Part shown: piece after piece, positions 1 to 5,426 of the stretch
How positions within the stretch are numbered: the stretch's first letter is position 1
Layout: every line of letters starts with the position of its first letter
The notes under the pieces: model-generated
What the model was told of the DNA's origin: nothing
The model's database searches: none
The model's input: the letters and a program-made list of their open reading frames with translations, nothing else
From: a virus
IMG/VR virus record: IMGVR_UViG_3300045988_024913
Length of the DNA stretch: 18,079 nucleotides
Strand: one strand, 5' to 3'
Made by a program: the position numbers and the translations under genes

Positions 1-299
1 GGAGGGGAGGGGCCCCAGCAGCTAGCCTTTTTCCACAACTGCTTTGTTGTGTGTTTTGCTATCGTTGTTTGTTCTGTGTTTTTTGTTGTTGTTTCTGTTG
101 TGCTTTTTTGCCTCGTCTCTGGTTCTTGTTGTGTTTTGCTGGCTTTTTTCGTTGTCGTTTTTTGCTTGTTGTTTTGTCTGCGTTTTTTGTCTCGTTGTTT
201 TTTATCGTTTTTGTGTTGTTGTTGGGCGTGTTGTGTTTTGTGGTGGTGTATTATGTGATTGTCGGCCAAGGAATGTAGAAAGGATGGTAGTTGAGATGA
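1..299. repeat. Left inverted terminal repeat (ITR), 299 bp
   Basis: Bases 1-299 equal the reverse complement of 17781-18079, except g261 versus the base mirrored at 17819. Identity stops at position 300. The terminus reads 5'-GGAGGGGAGGGGCCCC. Confidence 0.97.
249..254 (+). promoter_or_regulatory. Possible -10 element (TATTAT) of an early promoter inside the ITR, mirrored on the - strand of the right ITR
   Basis: TATTAT at 249-254 is preceded by TG at 247-248 and lies about 45 nt upstream of the first start codon. I found no convincing -35 at 17-bp spacing. Confidence 0.25.
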
Positions 300-511
300 C
301 TGGTATTTCTGTTCGTTTTGAGACTGGTGAGCTGGGCGGGAAGGAGGTTCTTATCTTGCGCTATCGTCTAAGGAGGTTTGTGATTGTAAAATTCTTCACT
401 GAAACGTATGATTCTTGTTCTGGTGAGGTTTGTTCGGCTATGGATAATATGGTGGGCTTTGTTTATCGCTTGATGAGGTTTGTTTCTGAGCATCCTGAGT
501 ACTCCTATTGA
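296..511 (+). CDS. Hypothetical early protein (71 aa), first gene of the left-end operon
   Basis: This is the 3' part of track ORF 44..511. The upstream part lies in the A-free ITR, where no stop codon can occur, so I trimmed to ATG 296 (alternative ATG 284), downstream of AAAGGA at 279-284. No family recognised. Confidence 0.5.
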   Translation: MTGISVRFETGELGGKEVLILRYRLRRFVIVKFFTETYDSCSGEVCSAMDNMVGFVYRLMRFVSEHPEYSY

Positions 512-533
512 AAAAGAGTGAAGGTGATAGATA

Positions 534-794
534 ATGTGGTGTTTTACTGTTACGCCTGATGGTTTTTCGGTGTTCGAGTTCACGTCTGAGTATGTGCAGG
601 TGAGGGGCCCGTATCCAGCCGGTACGTTCAAGGAGGCGTTGGATGGCGTGCTTGACGTTGTTCGCTATGCGTTTGCCGGGTTTGATGTGGATGTTGGTTT
701 TGCTTACTCCTCGTTTGACCCAGAAACGGGGTTTTTGGATGGTGTCGTTGATGTGAGCTTGCCGTTTGAGGGGGTGTTTGATGATGGTGAGTGA
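534..794 (+). CDS. Hypothetical early protein (86 aa), acidic and V/G/F-rich
   Basis: ATG 534 is preceded by GAAGGTGA. The gene is tightly packed with its neighbours. No family recognised. Confidence 0.6.
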   Translation: MWCFTVTPDGFSVFEFTSEYVQVRGPYPAGTFKEALDGVLDVVRYAFAGFDVDVGFAYSSFDPETGFLDGVVDVSLPFEGVFDDGE

Positions 795-1026
795 TGAGGT
801 TGTGGCCGTGTTTCCGTCCAAGTTTAAGGACGGTGACGTGCGGCTGGTGTATTGTCCTCATAATCGGATATATGAACTGCGGTATGCGGTGCAGTCTCAG
901 GGTGGCGGCAGGTGTCGTTTGGTTTGGTCGGCTGTGGCGTTTGATGCGTGTGATTACGTGCAGGTGGTTCATATGTTGGTTGATGCGAGGGCGTTGGCTG
1001 ATACGTTGTTGTTGGAGAGGTGTTGA
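781..1026 (+). CDS. Hypothetical early protein (81 aa)
   Basis: Same frame as track ORF 766..1026. ATG 781 follows GAGGGGG and overlaps the previous stop by 14 nt. The stop at 1026 lies 2 nt before the next start. Confidence 0.55.
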   Translation: MMVSDEVVAVFPSKFKDGDVRLVYCPHNRIYELRYAVQSQGGGRCRLVWSAVAFDACDYVQVVHMLVDARALADTLLLERC

Positions 1027-1028
1027 TT

Positions 1029-1538
1029 ATGAAAAGCAATGATGACCGGACAAATTGGTTTGATGATGGCGTGCTGGACGATGACCGTGTGCGCCGTGTC
1101 ATCCGTGGCCGTCGGCGTAATCTGCACTTGCGGGAATACAACCGTGGTAATGGTGATTGGGAGACGTTTTGCCGTACTATAGCACTGCTCAAGGACTTTT
1201 ACAAGCCCCAAGGTGGTCAGGTGGCGTTTGCTGACAGTATCGAACATGCGGCAAACATTTGTCTAAGCATCTTGCCAAGTTCGTCAATGTATGCCGCATT
1301 GTCTCGAACGCAGGACATTGAAATGTTGTCCGGGCTTATTTATTGTCCGGCGATGGTGGCGTGGTGCGCGGTCTGTCATGTCAAGGGCGCGTCGTGCTAT
1401 GAGATGTGCCAGACGTGGGAGGGTGATGAGTTCGCTCAGACTGTCATCAAAATTGCGTGTCTCTGTTTTGACAATCTGACCGAAGGACGGTATACTGATG
1501 AAGACATTGCAAGAATGTCACGACAGCAGCAACATTGA
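1029..1538 (+). CDS. Hypothetical early protein (169 aa), Cys-rich C-terminal half
   Basis: Same frame as track ORF 1020..1538. ATG 1029 follows GGAGAGGTG. The protein contains CPAMVAWCAVCHVKGASCYEMC. No family recognised. Confidence 0.7.
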   Translation: MKSNDDRTNWFDDGVLDDDRVRRVIRGRRRNLHLREYNRGNGDWETFCRTIALLKDFYKPQGGQVAFADSIEHAANICLSILPSSSMYAALSRTQDIEMLSGLIYCPAMVAWCAVCHVKGASCYEMCQTWEGDEFAQTVIKIACLCFDNLTEGRYTDEDIARMSRQQQH

Positions 1539-1545
1539 AATAAGG

Positions 1546-1554
1546 TGGTATAAT
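1546..1554 (+). promoter_or_regulatory. Perfect extended -10 sequence TGGTATAAT (function doubtful here)
   Basis: The TGnTATAAT consensus occupies 1546-1554. It overlaps the SD (AAGGTGG) and ends 1 nt before ATG 1556, so a transcript from it would start inside the ORF. Confidence 0.3.
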
Positions 1555-1555
1555 T

Positions 1556-1867
1556 ATGGCATATATTAAGCGAGCCAAGCACTATAGTATTGTGCGCGGC
1601 GTTACGCGCAGTGAAAACGGCGAACTCGTGGACACCGAAGTAGTCGTGGATGGCGCGTGCCGCACGGCTGACATGGCAATGAAAAAAGCCCGTAAGATTA
1701 ACAAGGACATGCTCCCCATGTCCGCTGAGTATCATGCGCAGGCTACGCGCATGGATGAGGCAATCTATTGGGCTGATTGCGAATTTGGGGATGATACCAT
1801 CATCGACTATCCGGGGTCGGTTAACGGCAACGTGGTTGAAGATGATATTATTTCCGAGGAAAAATAA
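1556..1867 (+). CDS. Hypothetical early protein (103 aa) with an acidic C-terminus; possible phi29 p6-like DNA-binding protein by size and position only
   Basis: ATG 1556 follows AAGGTGG. The 103 aa end in VEDDIISEEK. The gene sits two genes upstream of the terminal protein gene, as gene 6 does in phi29. No sequence similarity recognised. Confidence 0.6.
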   Translation: MAYIKRAKHYSIVRGVTRSENGELVDTEVVVDGACRTADMAMKKARKINKDMLPMSAEYHAQATRMDEAIYWADCEFGDDTIIDYPGSVNGNVVEDDIISEEK

Positions 1868-1897
1868 TTACTAACCCTATAAGGAAAGGCAACACAA

Positions 1898-2335
1898 ATG
1901 GCTGACAACGAACTGGCCGTAATGGACGGCAACAATTTTGCGGCGAACGGCGCTAACGCCGTATCCCATTTCTTCAACACTGACACTATGGATGGCAAAA
2001 TGGCGCTCTATAACGCCATGCAGACCGTCGACAAGATAGACGAACATCTTAATGAGCCTTTGCACGTGACCAACGTGCTTGCGCAGGCCATCGAGGTTGC
2101 CAATCAGGAAACCGGCGAAATCAACTCTTCCACCCGCGTTGTTATCCACGCGGAAGAGGGCGACTTTGCCGCCGCCTCCCCCACGTTGGCACATGCTTTT
2201 GGTAATCTGTTCGCCATCTTCGGAACGCCGGACACGTGGGACCATCCGCTTGTCCTCAAGGTGGTGGAAAAGAAGAGCCGCCGTGGTTATAAGTTCTTTG
2301 ACCTTGAACTAGCGTCGGAAAACAAGCGCAAGTAA
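1898..2335 (+). CDS. Early protein, tentative phage-type ssDNA-binding protein
   Basis: ATG 1898 follows AAGGAAAGG. The pattern FN..D...L...H(V/I)..V........ETGE....TRVVI..EEG...A.S......L..IFG...W...L.LKVVEKKS..G..FF.LEL resembles my recollection of small OB-fold SSBs of Gram-positive phages. The position upstream of the terminal protein and polymerase genes matches phi29 gene 5. Confidence 0.5.
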   Translation: MADNELAVMDGNNFAANGANAVSHFFNTDTMDGKMALYNAMQTVDKIDEHLNEPLHVTNVLAQAIEVANQETGEINSSTRVVIHAEEGDFAAASPTLAHAFGNLFAIFGTPDTWDHPLVLKVVEKKSRRGYKFFDLELASENKRK

Positions 2336-2363
2336 CGCGAATGTCCGCACCATATGATAGCAT

Positions 2364-2389
2364 GGCAATATCCCTATAGGGATGTTGCC
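2364..2389 (+). other. 26-bp imperfect palindrome or hairpin, GGCAATATCCCTATAGGGATGTTGCC
   Basis: The arms 2364-2375 and 2378-2389 are complementary apart from one T/G position, centred on CCCTATAGGG. It could be an operator or the first of two tandem hairpins after the preceding gene. Confidence 0.4.
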
Positions 2390-2399
2390 GCCAGACTCA

Positions 2400-2431
2400 C
2401 CCCCCGTCGTTTCCATCCTTACGACGGGGGG
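2400..2431 (+). terminator. Stem-loop, putative intrinsic terminator or attenuator
   Basis: An 11-bp perfect GC-rich stem, CCCCCCGTCGT (2400-2410) with ACGACGGGGGG (2421-2431), has a 10-nt loop and is followed by TGTTTCAC, a weak U tract. Confidence 0.5.
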
Positions 2432-2457
2432 TGTTTCACACTCACAAGGGAGGAGCC

Positions 2458-3402
2458 GTGGCAAAACGCAAAAACAACCGACGTGCCAACAATCTGAAAC
2501 GCAACGCCGCCATCAGGTCGGCACAGGTACGCCGAGAGCAAGCGGTCAGGGATTACAGTACCGGACATCTCCCCAAGCAAATCACCGAAACGTTTTTAGG
2601 AAAACTCAGCGCCCAACAACTCGAACAGGTCGCACGACGCATCGGGCAGGAATTCGGGGAACGACAGCAAGCATTAAGGGCGCGGGACGGCGAGCCGTAT
2701 CAGGTTGTCCCGGATGTGCATGTCACGAAACTTGATAGGGAGCTGGCGGCGCGTCCGTTGATTACCGACGCGGAAATCGCCGCCGCCCCGTCGAAACGTC
2801 AGAAGACGTTACGACAGCAGCAGCGCCGCCGCATCGAGGCACGGCAGAAAATCAAACGCGCCCAACAGTTCGACGCATTGAGCCTAGCCCGCTACACCGT
2901 GGCCGAAATACGTGAAATGGAACGCGCCGGAGAATCCCCCTTTGATGTGCTGGGCACTCACACGGTCGGCGGTTCGGCGCGTGACGAACTCACGCGCAAC
3001 CGTGCGAACGTGTTCGGCTCGGAGCGCGGCATGAGTCACGCGCGTATGATGATACGAGAAGGGGGCAGGAGGAAGCTTGAACGTGAGATACTCGAATATG
3101 CCGGGCTTGTAGGTCGAGCGCCATTGCATGCAGGTACTAGACAGATTTCCGGAGGTGAGGGGGTTTCGGATTTTGACAGGGTCGCACAGCAACTCGAATC
3201 ATTCGACTCCAGTATAGCCCAAAAATTCGCATCCTTATCGAACCGTCAAAAACGATGGCTGATAAATAATACAAATTTCAGCACCGTGGTACGTGAGGCC
3301 GCTTGGTATAATGATAAGACACATAAATGGGAGACAAAGGCGGATGCGGGCGATGTAGAGACACGACTTGATGAATGGATGGCCAGCGCGGCACGACACT
3401 AA
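2458..3402 (+). CDS. Probable terminal (priming) protein (314 aa)
   Basis: GTG 2458 follows the strong SD AAGGGAGGAG at 2446-2455; track ORF 2431..3402 starts inside the hairpin. The N-terminus is very basic (AKRKNNRRANNLKRN). The gene lies immediately upstream of the protein-primed polymerase in an ITR-bearing linear genome. No direct similarity to phi29 p3 recognised. Confidence 0.6.
   Translation: MAKRKNNRRANNLKRNAAIRSAQVRREQAVRDYSTGHLPKQITETFLGKLSAQQLEQVARRIGQEFGERQQALRARDGEPYQVVPDVHVTKLDRELAARPLITDAEIAAAPSKRQKTLRQQQRRRIEARQKIKRAQQFDALSLARYTVAEIREMERAGESPFDVLGTHTVGGSARDELTRNRANVFGSERGMSHARMMIREGGRRKLEREILEYAGLVGRAPLHAGTRQISGGEGVSDFDRVAQQLESFDSSIAQKFASLSNRQKRWLINNTNFSTVVREAAWYNDKTHKWETKADAGDVETRLDEWMASAARH
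3304..3312 (+). promoter_or_regulatory. Perfect extended -10 sequence TGGTATAAT inside the 3' end of the terminal protein gene
   Basis: The TGnTATAAT consensus occupies 3304-3312, about 105 nt upstream of the polymerase start codon. Confidence 0.4.
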
Positions 3403-3416
3403 AAAAGGATGGAATT

Positions 3417-4877
3417 ATGCGAGAGCGTCGAACGGCGGCAACGGACGGCGTAACACTATTGACGGATGACGGCGTGGAACCATTGACAGCAGCCGCCGTC
3501 ATCCGGCTTACCATGCTTGATTATCATACGCGCGTATGGTGCGCCCACGGATGGCAGGATATCAAGCCCATAGCCGCCGAACTGTTGAAACGACTCCCCT
3601 TGCAATCGAATCCGGCCAAGGATGGCGTGTGGGGCACGTTCAACATTCGAGGCCACTTCTATAGTTTCCGTGTACGCATAGGCGGTATCACCGTGGATTT
3701 TTTGGACGTGCGCAACATTACACGTGACGATGGATTGAATGTTTCACGTGAAACATTCGGCGGTGCGGATGATTTGGAGACCACGTGGAACATCGCGCAG
3801 GAATGCGCCGCCCTGCATCTCAGGGGCACAACCATAGCATCTATGGCGATGGCCGACTATATAGACGGGGATTATGCCGGGTTCAAGCGTCATTTTCCGC
3901 CATTGGACAAAGAGGTTTATCATCGGATGCGCCCCGCCTACTATGGGGCGATAGTGTACAGCAAGCCGGGCGAGTACCGGGATTGCCGAAGCTGGGATGT
4001 AAACAGTCTCTACCCAAGTATCATGCGCGATGCCCCCATGCCGGTAGGCTCACCCGTGTGGCATGACGGGGAGTATCGGTATGACGCTGATTATCCGTTG
4101 CATATCGATGTCATCACGTTTGATGCAAGGTTGAAAACGGGGAAAACAGCGACACTCACCAATATCTTACCCGTATGGGGGTATGAGGGCGAACGCTTGG
4201 ATAGTACGTTGGGTGCCATCACATTGCCGGTCACTGATGTGGATTGGGAGACGCTCACGGAAAACTATGACGTGCACGTGTGGGAACATGTCGGCGGTTG
4301 GAAATTCCGTAAATCGCACGGACTTTATTACACCTATGTTGATAAATGGTTTCACGTGAAACAAACCGCCACCGGAGAGCGTAGGCAGATGGCGAAACTG
4401 TTACTAAACTCACTGGTGGGGAAATTCGGGGCCTCGCTCTACCGTCCCATGTTGCACCCAAAACCATCGGCGGACGGTGGCGTGGATTTTACCGTGGACA
4501 AACCCGAGTCGGCCAACAGTCTGGCATGGTTGCCGACCGCCGCATATGTCAATGCCTACGGACGGCAAATACTATCCCGCGCCATGAACGCGAACGCCGA
4601 CCGCGTACTCTACGCCGACACTGACGGCATGATACTGGAAGGGTTGGATACACCCATCGGCATCGAAACGGATGACCGGAAACTAGGGGCGTGGAAAAAC
4701 GACCACACCTATGAGAGGCTCCGTATTCTCGGCAATCGCAAATATTGCGGCGCGGAAACGGATGGCGATACGGTAATGCGATTGAGTGGCGTGCATCGTG
4801 CCGCCCCCATCCCCTATGATGAGTTCCTGCCGGGGTCACGTCATCTCAATGATGACGGCCATATTTTCGTGCTATAA
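3417..4877 (+). CDS. Family B DNA polymerase, protein-primed (phi29 gp2-like), 486 aa
   Basis: ATG 3417 follows AAGGATGG; the track start 3375 overlaps the terminal protein gene. Motif A is WDVNSLYPS (phi29 FDVNSLYPA). DADYPLHID matches phi29 DEDYPLHIQ. Motif B is KLLLNSLVGKFG (phi29 KLMLNSLYGKF). Motif C is LYADTDG (phi29 IYCDTDS). The KxY motif is NRKY. Confidence 0.95.
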   Translation: MRERRTAATDGVTLLTDDGVEPLTAAAVIRLTMLDYHTRVWCAHGWQDIKPIAAELLKRLPLQSNPAKDGVWGTFNIRGHFYSFRVRIGGITVDFLDVRNITRDDGLNVSRETFGGADDLETTWNIAQECAALHLRGTTIASMAMADYIDGDYAGFKRHFPPLDKEVYHRMRPAYYGAIVYSKPGEYRDCRSWDVNSLYPSIMRDAPMPVGSPVWHDGEYRYDADYPLHIDVITFDARLKTGKTATLTNILPVWGYEGERLDSTLGAITLPVTDVDWETLTENYDVHVWEHVGGWKFRKSHGLYYTYVDKWFHVKQTATGERRQMAKLLLNSLVGKFGASLYRPMLHPKPSADGGVDFTVDKPESANSLAWLPTAAYVNAYGRQILSRAMNANADRVLYADTDGMILEGLDTPIGIETDDRKLGAWKNDHTYERLRILGNRKYCGAETDGDTVMRLSGVHRAAPIPYDEFLPGSRHLNDDGHIFVL

Positions 4878-4878
4878 T
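4870..4878 (+). promoter_or_regulatory. Perfect extended -10 promoter element TGCTATAAT overlapping the polymerase stop codon
   Basis: The TGnTATAAT consensus occupies 4870-4878, giving a predicted start near 4884-4886. Downstream lie a 187-bp non-coding region and then the late genes. Confidence 0.5.
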
Positions 4879-4884
4879 ATCCGG

Positions 4885-5053
4885 TAGCGGGATGTGCGTC
4901 CCAAGTCGATTCGATGGCCCGACCGTAAGGCAAGTCGGTAAGGCGATTCGGTTGGATGTAGACGTGCGTAGCCAACGCCCAGCGACGGCGAGGGAACCCG
5001 CACAGCCTAGCAAACCGGCATGACGGCGTGATTGCCGTCATGCCACTTACTTT
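4885..5053 (+). ncRNA. Candidate structured RNA of about 170 nt (pRNA-like candidate, or a structured late-mRNA leader)
   Basis: This is the largest non-coding gap in the genome. It is bracketed by the extended -10 at 4870-4878 and the hairpin at 5017-5044. A long-range helix pairs 4887-4902 with 4992-5011 (gc/gc, ggg/cct, tgtgcg/cgcaca, tccc/ggga, with bulges). No ORF with an SD is present. Confidence 0.35.
5017..5053 (+). terminator. Stem-loop with a short interrupted T run, just before the scaffold gene SD
   Basis: An 11-bp perfect stem, GGCATGACGGC (5017-5027) with GCCGTCATGCC (5034-5044), has a 6-nt loop and is followed by ACTTACTTT. Confidence 0.5.
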
Positions 5054-5064
5054 AAGAGGTGATT

Positions 5065-5406
5065 ATGGACGACACCGAAACCAATGAGCCGGACACCACG
5101 CCCGACACCGAGTCGGACGCCAAGCCAACCGACGATAATACGCCAAACCCGGAGCCCGAAACGCAGGACAATGGCGAACCAGAAGACGCGGGCGACGATA
5201 AGGACGCCGACATGGCCAACCGGCTGGACGCCTTGGAAGCGACCGTGGCGGAACTATCCAAAACCATTGAGGCCATGCGTGACGCCGCCGCCGAACATGT
5301 GCTGAACGATGGCCCGGGCGATGACGAGGAGCCGGGCGCCACGGAAGTGACTGACGACGACTACAACGGCACCTATTCCACGTTCGACGACCTATATGAA
5401 GACTGA
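5065..5406 (+). CDS. Probable scaffolding protein (113 aa), highly acidic with a helical central part
   Basis: ATG 5065 follows AAGAGGTG. The protein is D/E/T/P-rich with a segment ANRLDALEATVAELSKTIEAMRDAAAE. It lies immediately upstream of the major capsid gene, as phi29 gene 7 does. Confidence 0.6.
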   Translation: MDDTETNEPDTTPDTESDAKPTDDNTPNPEPETQDNGEPEDAGDDKDADMANRLDALEATVAELSKTIEAMRDAAAEHVLNDGPGDDEEPGATEVTDDDYNGTYSTFDDLYED

Positions 5407-5426
5407 TAACAGAAAGGAAAACTACA

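Noticed and set aside
44-283. Three overlapping long ORFs in the left ITR (44..511 N-terminal part, 49..258, 51..278) and their mirror images at 17802..18036. They encode extremely Cys/Phe/Leu/Val-rich 'membrane-like' proteins.
   Set aside because: The strand has only two A residues between 41 and 249, so stop codons cannot occur and every frame is open by composition alone. All three frames being open at once, the lack of an SD, and the location in a replication-origin repeat all argue that these are artefacts. Only the portion downstream of the SD at 279-284 is kept.
2382-2735. A 117-aa alternative-frame + strand ORF overlapping the 5' part of the terminal protein gene.
   Set aside because: It starts inside the hairpin region without an SD. 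Its product is Arg/Thr/Gly/Pro-rich, as is typical of an off-frame reading of a basic protein gene. The 2458 frame has a strong SD and continues to the polymerase gene.
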